Assembly: GCA_040756235.1 (NCBI GenBank)
Contig: JBFLZG010000126.1
Span: 64,001-128,000, forward strand
Direction of reading: 5' to 3'
From: a bacterium
GTDB lineage: Bacteria > Desulfobacterota > DSWW01
Length of the DNA: 64,000 nt
Part shown: piece after piece, positions 1 through 10,262 of the stretch
Layout of the letters: each line of letters begins with the position of its first letter
Numbering within the stretch: the stretch's first letter is position 1
Notes under the pieces: model-generated
Databases searched by the model: none
Told to the model about the DNA's origin: nothing
The model's input: only the letters and a program-made list of their open reading frames with translations
Translations under genes and position numbers: made by a program

Positions 1-65
1 TCATGCAACCCCTTGCACGGCCAGCCTGAAGCCCCATGAGGTTACGCGGAAGACTGCCCCTGCCG

Positions 66-1178
66 ATGAAGTCTTGCGGCCGGATCCTGGTGAGGGCCAA
101 CAACTGGATCGGGGACGCGGTGCTGTCCACCCCGGCTCTGCACGCTCTCCGCCGCGCCTTTCCAGAAGCCGAGATCTCCGTCCTGGCCAAGCCCTGGGTC
201 ATACCGGTCCTGCGGAACAATCCGGATGCAGACCGGATTCTGCTCTACGACGCCGGGGGCCGACACAAAGGGGTGCGCGGCGTCAACCGGCTCGGCTCGG
301 ATTTGAGAGGAGAGCGTTTGGACTGCGCCATCCTGCTCCAGCGAGCCTTCGAGGCGGCCTGGATCGCCTTTCTCGCCCGGGTGCCTTTGAGGGTGGGCCT
401 CCGTACGGAAGGCCGGGGGTGCCTTCTGACCCACGCGATCGCCGTATCCCGCGAGGAATTGCTGATCCCGCGGGCAAAGCATAACCTGGCGATGCTCCAG
501 GCCGTGGGGATTGCTCCTGCGGCCAAGGGGCTGGTCTTGAGGACCAACGGCCCCGAGCTCGAGAAGGCCCGGCAAAGGCTGGCCGCCATCGGGGTCCGGC
601 CTGACGAGCGGCTCTACGGTCTCAGCCCGGGGGCGGCTTTCGGGCCGGCCAAGCGCTGGCTGCCGGAACGCTTTGCTGCGGTTGCCGAGCGCCTCGCCGC
701 CTTGCACCATGGAAGAGGCCTCGTTTTCGGCGGCCCCGGTGAACGGGAGCTCGGCGAGCGGATCGCCCGGGAAGCTCCAGGGGCCGCCAACCTCGCCGGC
801 ACCACCACCCTGGACGAAGCGATCGCGCTCATCGGTCTCTGCGGGCTCTTCATCACGAACGATTCGGGTCTCATGCACATCGCGGCCGGGCTCGACGTCC
901 CGCTGGTCGCGATCTTCGGACCCACGGACCCCAGGACCACCGCTCCCTGGTCCTCGCGCCACAGGCTCGTGCGCAAGGAAGGGGTCTGCTGCAGTCCCTG
1001 CCTCAAACGTGAATGCGAGCAAGACCACCGCTGCATGCGATCCATCTCGGTCGAGGAGGTCCTCGCCGCCGCCGCGAGCGTGATCGAGGATTACGGCTGG
1101 GCCGCCCTCCGCGAGCGCACGAGGATCCTGGAGGGGGCGCTTGCGCAACCGATTCCGGTGGTCACACTCGGCGCATAG
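66..1178 (+). CDS. waaF: ADP-heptose:LPS heptosyltransferase II (GT9)
   Basis: ILVRANNWIGDAVL N-terminus, LSPGAAFGPAKRWLPERF, TNDSGLMHIAA, AIFGPT and CSPCLKREC motifs; start moved to ATG 66. Confidence 0.9.
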   Translation: MKSCGRILVRANNWIGDAVLSTPALHALRRAFPEAEISVLAKPWVIPVLRNNPDADRILLYDAGGRHKGVRGVNRLGSDLRGERLDCAILLQRAFEAAWIAFLARVPLRVGLRTEGRGCLLTHAIAVSREELLIPRAKHNLAMLQAVGIAPAAKGLVLRTNGPELEKARQRLAAIGVRPDERLYGLSPGAAFGPAKRWLPERFAAVAERLAALHHGRGLVFGGPGERELGERIAREAPGAANLAGTTTLDEAIALIGLCGLFITNDSGLMHIAAGLDVPLVAIFGPTDPRTTAPWSSRHRLVRKEGVCCSPCLKRECEQDHRCMRSISVEEVLAAAASVIEDYGWAALRERTRILEGALAQPIPVVTLGA

Positions 1179-1450
1179 CCTTTCCGGCTGGTTGCGCGCC
1201 CTCCTTCCTTTTCGCAAAATGACTCATTGCGGCATTCCGGAAGCTCCCCCGACCCGTGGTGCATGCGGCGCCTTCCGGCCCGACCCGCGCCGCACATGGG
1301 CAGCTTTGAAACACGCTCCCTGCAACAAGAGGACGCGCTCGACATGGTCCCGGGTCGACCCGCCGGGATGAGAGCGACCAGAGCCGCAACGAGCGCATCT
1401 AAGAGGCCTCTGCAGAGGATGGAGAAGCGATCAGAAAGGAGGTCGGGTCC

Positions 1451-1741
1451 ATGGCGTCCTGGTTCGATATCGCCGTCCGTCGCATCGGCGAGGAGCTCAA
1501 TCTCAGCCTGCGCGGCGAGTTCGACGGCAGCTCGGCAAGCCGCCTGATCGACACCCTCAAGCAAAACGGCAACGGTGTCGCAGTGGCCAAGGTCGAGGCC
1601 AACGAGCTTTGTTGGGTCGATCCGGCCGCGGTCGACATCTTTCAGAACGATCTGCTCAGCCTCGGGGACATCTGCCATCGTCTGGTCTTCTACGGCAAGC
1701 ACGCACCGGAGCTTGCGCCGGCCTGGATCGATTTTTTCTAG
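1451..1741 (+). CDS. small STAS/anti-sigma-antagonist-like protein
   Basis: 96 aa with LSLRGEFDGSSA STAS-like motif; strong RBS (AGGAGG) upstream. Confidence 0.6.
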   Translation: MASWFDIAVRRIGEELNLSLRGEFDGSSASRLIDTLKQNGNGVAVAKVEANELCWVDPAAVDIFQNDLLSLGDICHRLVFYGKHAPELAPAWIDFF

Positions 1742-1831
1742 GAGGCTGTCGGCTCCTGGCGCTGTTCTCCTGCGGCTCAGCGACCGGGAATCGGTTACGC
1801 CACCTGCACAAGACGGAAAGTCATTGACTTC

Positions 1832-3133
1832 ATGAACGCCCGCATCGAGCGGCTGTCCACCTTGATCATGGCCGGAGGAAGGGGTGCCCGGCTGGAACCG
1901 TTGACCCGCGATCGGGCGAAACCGTCCGTGCCTTTCGGCGGGACGTATCGCATCATCGACTTCACGCTTTCGAACTGCATCAATTCCGGGATCCGCCGCA
2001 TTCACGTGCTGACCCAGTACAAGTTCGACTCTCTGGCGCACCACCTCAAGATGGGGTGGAACATCTTTCACAGCGAGCAGGGGGGGTACATCGACGTCAT
2101 CCCTGCGCAGCAGCGCCTCGGGCAGCAGTGGTACAGAGGAACGGCCGACGCGGTCTATCAGAACTTCTACACGCTGAGACGCGAGGACCCGGATTTCGTG
2201 CTGATCCTGGCCGGCGACCACGTCTACAAGATGGATTATTCCAGGATGCTGCAGTTCCATATCGAGACCCGGTCGGATGTGACCGTGGGCGTCGTGGACA
2301 TGCCCGCCGACCAGAGCATCCACTTCGGCGTGCTGGAGACCGGCCCCGACGGCCGGATCCTCGGCTTCGAAGAGAAGCCCCGGCGTCCCAAGACGATTCC
2401 GGGAGCCTCCGACAAGATCCGCGCCTCGATGGGAATCTACCTGTTTAACGCGGGCGTACTGTATGGAGAGCTCCTGCCGGAGGCACTGGAACGCGGGCGG
2501 AACGACTTCGGAAAGCACGTCCTTCCCCGGTTGCTCAAGCGCAGGAAGGTCCTTTGCTACCCCTTCGAGGACGAGAATCGGGGTGAGGAGCCGTACTGGA
2601 GAGACATCGGCACGCTCGATGCCTTCTACGCGGCGAACATGGACCTGGTATCGGTGTCGCCGCGTTTCAACCTGTACGACCGGCGCTGGCCGGTGCGGAC
2701 CTACCAGCCCCAACTTCCGCCGGTCCGTACGGTCATGGCACACGACGTCGAAGGCAGCACGCCCGGCGAGGTACTGGATTCCATCCTTTCGGGCGGCTGC
2801 GTCGTGCGCGGCGGCCGGGTGGTCCGCTCCGTTCTGTCGCCGGGCGTCCAAGTCGAGGCCCGTGCGGTGGTGGAGGGCTCGGTGCTGATGGACGGCGTGG
2901 AGGTGGGACGGTCCGCGAGGATCCGCAAGGCCATCATCGACAAAGAGGTGAAGATCCCGGCCGGAGCGCACATCGGCTACAACCTCGAGCAGGATCGCAG
3001 GAGCTTCATGGTTACGGATTCGGGAGTCGTCGTGATTCCCCGGGGCGAGACGCTCGAGCCAGGATGGCCGGAGGCGCTTCGTTACCGGACGGTGCGCGGA
3101 GGCGAGGTTCTGAAACGATCCCTGGCTCGATAA
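1832..3133 (+). CDS. glgC: glucose-1-phosphate adenylyltransferase
   Basis: MAGGRGARLEPLTRDRAKPSVPFGG, WYRGTADAVYQN, LAGDHVYKMDY, C-terminal beta-helix. Confidence 0.95.
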   Translation: MNARIERLSTLIMAGGRGARLEPLTRDRAKPSVPFGGTYRIIDFTLSNCINSGIRRIHVLTQYKFDSLAHHLKMGWNIFHSEQGGYIDVIPAQQRLGQQWYRGTADAVYQNFYTLRREDPDFVLILAGDHVYKMDYSRMLQFHIETRSDVTVGVVDMPADQSIHFGVLETGPDGRILGFEEKPRRPKTIPGASDKIRASMGIYLFNAGVLYGELLPEALERGRNDFGKHVLPRLLKRRKVLCYPFEDENRGEEPYWRDIGTLDAFYAANMDLVSVSPRFNLYDRRWPVRTYQPQLPPVRTVMAHDVEGSTPGEVLDSILSGGCVVRGGRVVRSVLSPGVQVEARAVVEGSVLMDGVEVGRSARIRKAIIDKEVKIPAGAHIGYNLEQDRRSFMVTDSGVVVIPRGETLEPGWPEALRYRTVRGGEVLKRSLAR

Positions 3134-3171
3134 GGGCGGAACCCCCTCTTGCGGTAGTAGGAGACAAGAAC

Positions 3172-3375
3172 ATGAGAGCGAGCGACGTCCGCTGGATTGC
3201 CAAGACCATGGGGATCGATACGTCTCACATGAAGAAAGCGGAGCTGATCCGTGCCATCCAACGCAGGAAGGACAACGTGGACTGCTACGGCTCGATCAAG
3301 GGAAGGCAATGCGAGGAGATCGCATGCCTGTGGAGGCGGGACTGCATCCTCTCCGTCACCGAAGCCTGTCGATGA
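3172..3375 (+). CDS. small Rho-N/SAP-like domain protein with C-terminal 4-Cys cluster
   Basis: MRASDVRWIAKTMGID..MKKAELIRAIQ..DCYGS..CEEIACLWRRDC; RBS AGGAG before ATG 3172. Confidence 0.7.
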   Translation: MRASDVRWIAKTMGIDTSHMKKAELIRAIQRRKDNVDCYGSIKGRQCEEIACLWRRDCILSVTEACR

Positions 3376-3456
3376 GCGGCTTTTCCGTCCTTCCGAGGAG
3401 CCCGGGCAGCCGGCGCCATCGGGCGCCCCGGTCCCTTCCGGGTCATGCAGCCATCC

Positions 3457-3648
3457 TCGATGCAACCTTCTGGATCCCGGCTCGCACGCGCTCCGCAGTT
3501 GGGCCGGGATGATGAATGAAACGTGACCCCCAACGTCGTAGGCCGGAATCCGGTCCATGCACTTTTCCGTCATTCCGGCCCAGGCCGGAATCCAGTCCCC
3601 GTACCCCGCAATTGCACCGGTCGTCGATGCAACTTCCCGGATCCCGGC
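3457..3648. repeat. REP-like palindrome cluster at a convergent gene junction
   Basis: 45-bp element at 3470-3514 (copies at 21260-21304 and 51322-51367); CCGTCATTCCGGCCCAGGCCGGAATCCAG at 3567; imperfect direct repeat TCGATGCAAC..GGATCCCGGC at 3457 and 3624. Confidence 0.8.
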
Positions 3649-3702
3649 AGGGGCGCTGCAAGCAGCTCCCCTGCCCCCGGGGCGCGTCGAAACCCCTGAG
3701 CT

Positions 3703-4839
3703 TCACGAGCTCCGTTCGATCAGAGACCTGTAGAGCGCTTCCGTCTGCTCGACCTCCCGCTCCAGCGTGAATCTCTCTTCGAAGGTCTTCTTTCCCTCTT
3801 CCCCGATGCGCGCCCTCCGCTGCGGATCCCGGACCAGCTCGGCCCAGGCGCGGGCGAGGTCCGCCGGGTCTCCGGGCTCGAACAGGAGCCCGTTGCGGCC
3901 GTGGTCGATGACTTCCGGAACGGCCCCGGAGCGGCTCCCCACGAAGGGGCGACCGTTGGCAAGCGCTTCGATCATGACCAGCCCGAACGCCTCGGCCCTG
4001 GAAGTGAGGGTCGCGATGTCGAGAGCCTGCACCAGGGACGGGACGTCCTGCCAGAAGCCGGTCAGGATCACGCGGCCGGCCAGGCCGTCCTGGTGGGCCC
4101 TGGAGCGGATCTGCTCGGCGTAGTCGCGGTTAGCCGCGGCGCCGGCGAGCACGAATCGAGCTTGCGGATGATCCCCGAGCAGAAGCTCCGCTGCATCGAG
4201 GAAGAGGTCCTGCCGCTTGTTCGGCGAGAGCTGAGCGGCCATGCCGATCAGGATCTCCTCGGGGCCGACTCCGAGCTTCTCGCGCACGGCTCTTCCGCCT
4301 TGGGGGCTGCCCGCGACGTCGCGGTCGAGCCCGTAGTAGACGGTCCGGACTTTCTCTTCGGCGATGGGGTAGACGAGAAGACTGTTCCGCCGGACATACC
4401 CCGAGATGGCCACCATCGCGTCCAGCCGGCGCGCCAGGATCCGATGAAGCGGGTCGGTCTTGGGCCTGTGCGCGGGCGAGCACATGTGACGGGTGAAGAC
4501 CAGGGGCACCCTCCTGCGGAAGATCCCGGCCAACAGGAGCGCCTGCCAGGCGTCCCGGGAGTAATGCAAATGGAGCACGTCTACCTTCTGTTTGCGCAGA
4601 TGACGCCTCAGCCCCGCATAGGTGGCACGATCCAGGTACCAGCGAAACGGAAGTGATAGATGGGAGAAGCCGTGCTCCCGGGCGAAGCGGCTCATCCGCG
4701 AGCCGGCGCTCAGTCCGAAGATCACCGAGTGGCCCCGCTCGGCCAGACCCCGGGCCAGGACGAAGGGGTGCATCTCCATGCCGCCCCAGCCTCGGGATGA
4801 GATGAGGTAAAAGATGTTGAGCAAGGGCTTTCTCTCCAT
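3703..4839 (-). CDS. glycosyltransferase family 4 (LPS-related)
   Basis: [12 protein letters not shown]-terminus; [22 protein letters not shown]4 motif. Confidence 0.88.
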   Translation of the reverse strand: MERKPLLNIFYLISSRGWGGMEMHPFVLARGLAERGHSVIFGLSAGSRMSRFAREHGFSHLSLPFRWYLDRATYAGLRRHLRKQKVDVLHLHYSRDAWQALLLAGIFRRRVPLVFTRHMCSPAHRPKTDPLHRILARRLDAMVAISGYVRRNSLLVYPIAEEKVRTVYYGLDRDVAGSPQGGRAVREKLGVGPEEILIGMAAQLSPNKRQDLFLDAAELLLGDHPQARFVLAGAAANRDYAEQIRSRAHQDGLAGRVILTGFWQDVPSLVQALDIATLTSRAEAFGLVMIEALANGRPFVGSRSGAVPEVIDHGRNGLLFEPGDPADLARAWAELVRDPQRRARIGEEGKKTFEERFTLEREVEQTEALYRSLIERSS

Positions 4840-5022
4840 CGCACCATGAGGCCCGGCAGGGATGGCCGGAGCGCTCTTTTCCTGCGGCTTCGTGGGGCCG
4901 TGCGCCCCTGGAGGGTCTCGCGGGTGATCGCTGGTAGCGGGTGGCTGGAAATCCGCACGGAATTGGCCAATAATACCTGCCCGACCTGGAAAAGAAAACG
5001 CCTTCGCAAGCGAGGAGCCGAG

Positions 5023-6645
5023 ATGATTTCAATGGTAGAGCCCCTTCCCTCCCGGCAGAAGCAGCCACACGTGAAGAGCGCGGTCGCCGTGATCGGCGCC
5101 GGATACTGGGGACGCAATCTGGTCAGAAACTTCCATGAGCTGGGCGCCCTGGCCGCCGTCTGCGACTCGAGCGAAGAAGTGGCCCGGAGGCACGCGGGCC
5201 AGCTTCCGGAGATCCCCTTCCATCGCAGCTATGAGGAGGTGCTGGCCGCGAACGAGATCCGGGCCGTGGTGCTGGCCGTGCCGGCGCCGGAGCACTACCG
5301 CACGGTGATGATGGCCCTCGAAGCTGGAAAGGACGTGTTTGTCGAAAAACCCATGGCCCTCCGTTATGAAGAAGGCTTGCGTCTGCACGAACGGGCCCGC
5401 CAGGACGGCCGCATTCTCATGGTGGGCCACGTGCTCCTTTTCCACCCGGCCGTGATCAGGCTCAAGGAGCTGGTCCGGGCCGGAGCGCTGGGACAGCTTC
5501 AGTACGTGTACTCGAACCGCCTCAACCTGGGGCGCTTCCGCAAAGAGGAAAACATCCTCTGGAGCTTCGCTCCGCACGACATCTCGGTGATGATGCACCT
5601 GCTCGGAGAACGGCCGGTCCGGGTCACGGCGCGCGGAAACGGTTACCTCCACCCTTCGATCGCGGACGTGACGGTGAGTTACCTCGAATTTCCGAGCGGC
5701 GTGCAGGGGCACATCTTCGTGAGCTGGCTGCACCCCATCAAGGAGCACAAGCTCGTGGTCGTGGGCACCAAGGGGATGGCGATTTTCAGCGACACGGCAG
5801 AGCACAAGCTGATCCTCTACCCGCACCGGATCGATTGGATCGACCGCGCGCCGGTGCCCGTGCGCGCGGAAGGGGAGCCGGTCGCTCTGGACGCCTCGGA
5901 GCCGTTGCGTGCCGAGTGCGCGCACTTCCTGGAATGTCTGGAAACCCGCAGGCAGCCTCTGCCGGACAGCGGCGAGGGGCTGGCGGTCCTGGAGATCCTG
6001 GACGCCTGCCAGCGGTCCCTGAATGAAGGCGCGGCCGTCTCCCTGGCCGGGGCGAGCCGGGAGGAGCCGAAGGCATCCTGCTTCGTCCATCCCAGCGCGG
6101 TCGTGGATGTGGGCGCGCGGATCGGTGCGGGCTCCCAGATCTGGCACTTCTGCCATGTCATGCAAGGCGCCCGGATCGGCGGAGGCTGCATCCTGGGGCA
6201 GAACGTCTTCGTCGGCGCCGACGTTTCCATCGGAGATGGAGTGAAGATCCAGAACAACGTGTCCGTCTACAAGGGGGTCACGCTGGAAGATCACGTCTTC
6301 TGCGGACCCTCGATGGTCTTCACGAACGTGATCAACCCGAGGAGCGAGATCGAGCGCAAAGAGGAGTTCCGCCCCACCCTGGTCAAGCAGGGCGCCACCC
6401 TGGGGGCGAACTCGACCATCCTGTGCGGCCACACGATCGGCCGCTATGCGATGGTGGGGGCCGGCGCAGTCGTCACGCATGACGTGCCCGACCACGCGCT
6501 GGTCGTCGGTGCGCCGGCCCGGCAGGCCGGCTGGGTCTGCTCCTGCGGAAATCGTCTAGCCGAAGAACGGGAGCGCCACTGGGTCTGTCCTTCCTGTCGA
6601 CGGTCGTATCACGAAGGCCACGAGGGATTGTCCGCGGCCCCGTGA
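5023..6645 (+). CDS. fused Gfo/Idh/MocA dehydrogenase (WbpB-like) and hexapeptide N-acetyltransferase (WbpD-like)
   Basis: [13 protein letters not shown] and VEKPMA, then [46 protein letters not shown] before ATG 5023. Confidence 0.88.
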   Translation: MISMVEPLPSRQKQPHVKSAVAVIGAGYWGRNLVRNFHELGALAAVCDSSEEVARRHAGQLPEIPFHRSYEEVLAANEIRAVVLAVPAPEHYRTVMMALEAGKDVFVEKPMALRYEEGLRLHERARQDGRILMVGHVLLFHPAVIRLKELVRAGALGQLQYVYSNRLNLGRFRKEENILWSFAPHDISVMMHLLGERPVRVTARGNGYLHPSIADVTVSYLEFPSGVQGHIFVSWLHPIKEHKLVVVGTKGMAIFSDTAEHKLILYPHRIDWIDRAPVPVRAEGEPVALDASEPLRAECAHFLECLETRRQPLPDSGEGLAVLEILDACQRSLNEGAAVSLAGASREEPKASCFVHPSAVVDVGARIGAGSQIWHFCHVMQGARIGGGCILGQNVFVGADVSIGDGVKIQNNVSVYKGVTLEDHVFCGPSMVFTNVINPRSEIERKEEFRPTLVKQGATLGANSTILCGHTIGRYAMVGAGAVVTHDVPDHALVVGAPARQAGWVCSCGNRLAEERERHWVCPSCRRSYHEGHEGLSAAP

Positions 6646-6695
6646 GGTTCCGAAGGCGACCGCGATCACCTGGCCGGAAACCCGTGGGGGCATCG

Positions 6696-8168
6696 ATGCG
6701 CGAGGGACCGAGGGCGGTTCTGGAAGATTATATGAAGGGAAGCGGACCTTGGGGGAAAGACCTCGCGGTTGCGATGGCAGCCGCGAAGGAAATGCTGGAT
6801 GCCCCCTCAGGAGCCTCCTGGGCTTATCTGCTGATCTATTTCGATCTGCTGATCCGGTGGTGGAAAGGCAGAAGCTCCGGCCCGTGGGAAGATTTGAAAT
6901 CCCTCTTCCGACGAAGAAAATACTGGGTGAACGCCAATCGCCTCGAGTCGATCCAACCGGTCATGGCGGAAATCCTTCGGCGCGACGGCCTGCCCGGGGT
7001 CCCCGAGGGGCCCGGGCTCGAACGCCCGCTCCGCATCCTTTTCCTGCAGCAGTCCCCTTGCATCCGGAATTACAAGTACGCCTACGCATTGAAAAGGCGG
7101 GGGCACAGGGTGACGCTCGCCTATATCGAGAGGCCCCTTTCGGAGCGATACGCGCTGAGTGACGACGTGTATGAGCGCAGCGTTGCGATCCGGGATTTTC
7201 GGGATTTCTGGCAGCTCTCGGAGGGATTTGATCTGATCCATTCCCACAACGAACCAGATACGTACACCGTGTTGGCCGCGGGATCTTCCGTTCCCACCAT
7301 TCACGACACGCATGATCTCATGTCTCTGGGCCCTGAAACGGGGCACGTCGTCAACCGCATCCTGGAGTGCCTGGCCAACAAGCTCTGCACGGGCAGGGTC
7401 TCGGTCAGCCCCTACCTCGTGGGTCAGGTGAAAGGCCTCTACGGGGGGCACGACGGGCTCACTGTCTACAACTTCGCGGTGCTGGAAAAGCCGTTGAGCA
7501 AGCTGCCCAAGCTATCGGAAAGAGACGGCCGTATCCACATCGTGTACGAGGGAGGCATGCAGCTCGGGCACAGCTACCGCGACCCCTCGGAGCTTTTCAT
7601 CGAGCTCTCGAAGCACGGTTTTCACGTGCACGTCTATCCGGCCACGTACAGCGAAAAAGTGGAGGAAGTATTTTCGCCTCACAAGAACATTCACTACGAG
7701 CGACCGGTGTCCCCAAAGGATCTGATTCAGATCCTCTCCCAGTATGACCTCGGGCTCATTCCATTCTCTGTTACGGAGCAGACCAGGGAAGTGCTCAATG
7801 CCTCCCTGGGAAACAAGCTGTTCGAATATCTCGCGGCCGGTTTGCCGGTGGTCGCTCCCGATCTGGTCAGCTACAGGATTTTCTTCGAGACCTATCCTTT
7901 CGGCTGCGTCTTTGGCGGAACGGAAGACCTCTTTCGGCGAATCCCTGAGGTGAGCCGGATCCGTGCGATCGACCGGACCTTTCTCTTCGACGGGCAGGTG
8001 GCGGATGTGGAGAGGTTCTATGCGAGCTGTCTGCTCCGGCACGCCGTGGACAAAGAAGGCAGAGAGGAGGTTGGTCAACGATTCAGGGCGTTCTACCGGA
8101 GAAACGTCCAGAGATGGATGACCTTTCTGCGGGGGCTCAAGAGGAGGGGCATCCGCAACCTGCCCTGA
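6696..8168 (+). CDS. glycosyltransferase (GT4-like) with N-terminal extension
   Basis: LIHSHNEPD, IHDTHD and NKLFEYLAAGLPVV motifs; start uncertain (6642/6696/6732). Confidence 0.8.
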   Translation: MREGPRAVLEDYMKGSGPWGKDLAVAMAAAKEMLDAPSGASWAYLLIYFDLLIRWWKGRSSGPWEDLKSLFRRRKYWVNANRLESIQPVMAEILRRDGLPGVPEGPGLERPLRILFLQQSPCIRNYKYAYALKRRGHRVTLAYIERPLSERYALSDDVYERSVAIRDFRDFWQLSEGFDLIHSHNEPDTYTVLAAGSSVPTIHDTHDLMSLGPETGHVVNRILECLANKLCTGRVSVSPYLVGQVKGLYGGHDGLTVYNFAVLEKPLSKLPKLSERDGRIHIVYEGGMQLGHSYRDPSELFIELSKHGFHVHVYPATYSEKVEEVFSPHKNIHYERPVSPKDLIQILSQYDLGLIPFSVTEQTREVLNASLGNKLFEYLAAGLPVVAPDLVSYRIFFETYPFGCVFGGTEDLFRRIPEVSRIRAIDRTFLFDGQVADVERFYASCLLRHAVDKEGREEVGQRFRAFYRRNVQRWMTFLRGLKRRGIRNLP

Positions 8169-8221
8169 GGAAATCAGGCTCCGGTCGCGTCTACCCCGGG
8201 TGGTCAGAAGGATGAAGGCCG

Positions 8222-9367
8222 ATGGGCCCTGGAAGGTCCGCTAGCAGAAGGGTCGCCGCACCGTTGCTGGCTCACGGATGGCGGCCGTCGGGGGAGAAAC
8301 CGGACCTCTTGCGGCTTCGGGCGCGGATCTTGAAGCTGGGCCGATTCCTCAAGGCCTGTGATTACACGGGGCTGGACGCCCCTTTGCCCGACACCCCGGC
8401 CAGGCTCAGTACCACCTGCGCCAGCGCCATGGAAGGATGGCTTCTCCTGTATGGTCTCGAAAAGCACGACGAGTTTCGAGAGGAGGCCATCCGGTGTGCG
8501 GAGCTCCTCATGGCCGAGCAGACGGAGCAGGGGATGTGGCTGTCTCCCTTCCCCTTCCGGCGGAACCCTCCGTCTCACCCTTACGCCTGCGAGAATTTCC
8601 TGACTCTGCGGCCGCTGATCCATTTCTACGACAGGATGGGGAGGGAGACAGGTGGCCACCGGGTGCGGCTCGCCGTGGAAAGAGGCTTGCAGGGACTGGT
8701 TGCGCATATCGGCTACAGGGCGGACGGATGCTTCTGGTACTCTCCGACCGATCAGATCGAAGTTCCCAACATCAGCAGTATGGCTGCAGCGACCTTTGCC
8801 GAGGCTTGCCAGGTTCTGCATCTCGACCACCTCGCGGCTCCCGCGCGCCTTTGCGCCGCATATTGTGTACGGCAGCAGCGGCCGGACGGCGGCTACAGGT
8901 ACTTCTCAGACCAGGAGTTTGTTTACGTGCCGTACCATGCTTTGGAGATCTGGGAGCTGGGGGACGCCAATCAGGTCCTGCGGGAGCAGGAGCTTGAACA
9001 GAGTCTCCAGCGAGCGGTGCATTTCATGGATCGGTATCTGGAGCTGCGGTCTTACCGCTCCCGGGATGATGAGCGGGGGAGACGGAGCAAACTTCTTTTC
9101 AAGACCCCTGTCTGGATGGCCAGGGCTTACCTGAGCCGGGGTCGCCACGAGAAGGCATGGGCACATCTTGATCGGGGGATGCGGATGTTCGGCATGCCCG
9201 GAGGCGATTCCTACTACTACTATCTGCGTGAGAAGAGGACACTTGGGTGGCTTCGGAGGCGCAGACCGGACCTCGGAAGCGTGTACATGAGATACAATGC
9301 TTCCTGTTTCGAGACCGGCTGCAGGCTGCTGGCAGTGCTGGGGGGAGCGCTTGATCGGGGACTATAA
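8222..9367 (+). CDS. alpha/alpha-barrel protein with QW-like (prenyltransferase/cyclase-type) repeats, function unknown
   Basis: AEQTEQGMW, DGCFWYSP and QQRPDGGYRY motifs; lies within the polysaccharide run; start uncertain. Confidence 0.6.
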   Translation: MGPGRSASRRVAAPLLAHGWRPSGEKPDLLRLRARILKLGRFLKACDYTGLDAPLPDTPARLSTTCASAMEGWLLLYGLEKHDEFREEAIRCAELLMAEQTEQGMWLSPFPFRRNPPSHPYACENFLTLRPLIHFYDRMGRETGGHRVRLAVERGLQGLVAHIGYRADGCFWYSPTDQIEVPNISSMAAATFAEACQVLHLDHLAAPARLCAAYCVRQQRPDGGYRYFSDQEFVYVPYHALEIWELGDANQVLREQELEQSLQRAVHFMDRYLELRSYRSRDDERGRRSKLLFKTPVWMARAYLSRGRHEKAWAHLDRGMRMFGMPGGDSYYYYLREKRTLGWLRRRRPDLGSVYMRYNASCFETGCRLLAVLGGALDRGL

Positions 9368-10262
9368 CGGCCTGTTTCTCGCCAGGGCGACCGAAAGTGC
9401 CCTTACGGGCCGTGGCGGTGGTGGTGTCGTGACCTCGACGCTCCTCCACCTCCTGCGTGAGGGAGCCATCGACAAGGCTCTGGTGACTACCGCTTCCCGC
9501 AAGGAACCCTGGGCGGAGCCGGCCCTGGTAGATACGGAAGAGGAGGTGCGTAAGGCCGCAGGATCGAAGTACACTCGTGTCGACTATCGAGGGCAGCTCG
9601 GCGGCCTGACTTGGAGGTCCGCTGCCGTCGGTCTCCCCTGTCAGCTGCGGGCTCGATTTTGCTCGAAGATCAGGATTGGGCTGTTCTGCGGACTGAACCT
9701 GTCGCCCGTCGGATACGATCACCTTTTCCATAAGCTGGGTTTCGGGCGAGAAGAAATTGAATTCTTGGAGTACAGGGCTCCCCAGCAGGACTATCTGGAC
9801 ATCAGGCTGAAGGACGGGAGGCGGATCACCTACCCCCGATACTATTGGCTCGCCTATTTCTATCCGTACAAGAGGTGCATCTACTGCCAGGATTTCACCA
9901 ACCGAGCGAGCGACCTGAGTGTCGGAGACTTCCAGCCCGGGTGGTCCTGCGTGATCACGCGGACCGAAACAGGCAGGCAGACCCTGATCGCTGCCGAACG
10001 GAAGGGGCTCGTTACGCTGGAGGAGCTCCCGCTCGCGCGGTTTGTCGAGGTCAAGGCGGCGAGTCTCTTTCACAAGGAAGTGATGGGCGGCTACTGGAGA
10101 ACCCGGTTCGTCAGACCCAGAGGCAAGCTCTTCCGGATGGTGCCGTTGAGGATCCTGAGATGGAAGGGAATTCGGTATGGCAGGCAACTTGCGGAACGCA
10201 GCCGCCGTTACTTTGAGAGAGAGGTTGCAGGAGAGCCTCCTGCGCCTCCACCGGTGGCGTGA
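9351..10262 (+). CDS. coenzyme F420 hydrogenase/dehydrogenase beta-subunit (FrhB/FdhB)-like protein
   Basis: GGGGGVVT..L...G.ID, AAGSKY, VGLPCQ, IGLFCG and CIYCQDF..SDLSVGD motifs; TTG start after GGGGGAG. Confidence 0.8.
   Translation: MIGDYNGLFLARATESALTGRGGGGVVTSTLLHLLREGAIDKALVTTASRKEPWAEPALVDTEEEVRKAAGSKYTRVDYRGQLGGLTWRSAAVGLPCQLRARFCSKIRIGLFCGLNLSPVGYDHLFHKLGFGREEIEFLEYRAPQQDYLDIRLKDGRRITYPRYYWLAYFYPYKRCIYCQDFTNRASDLSVGDFQPGWSCVITRTETGRQTLIAAERKGLVTLEELPLARFVEVKAASLFHKEVMGGYWRTRFVRPRGKLFRMVPLRILRWKGIRYGRQLAERSRRYFEREVAGEPPAPPPVA

Noticed and set aside
1180..1450. Long leader upstream of the STAS-like gene as a riboswitch or ncRNA
   Set aside because: No recognisable aptamer motif by eye; an Rfam covariance search would be needed.
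3373..3420. UGA after the Cys-rich small protein as another Sec codon
   Set aside because: The protein already looks complete, no GGUC-loop hairpin lies at the expected distance, and the downstream DNA runs into repeats.
4930..4943. Possible ops/JUMPstart element (GCTGGTAGCGGGTG) upstream of the polysaccharide genes
   Set aside because: Only a partial match to GGCGGTAG and likely by chance in GC-rich DNA.
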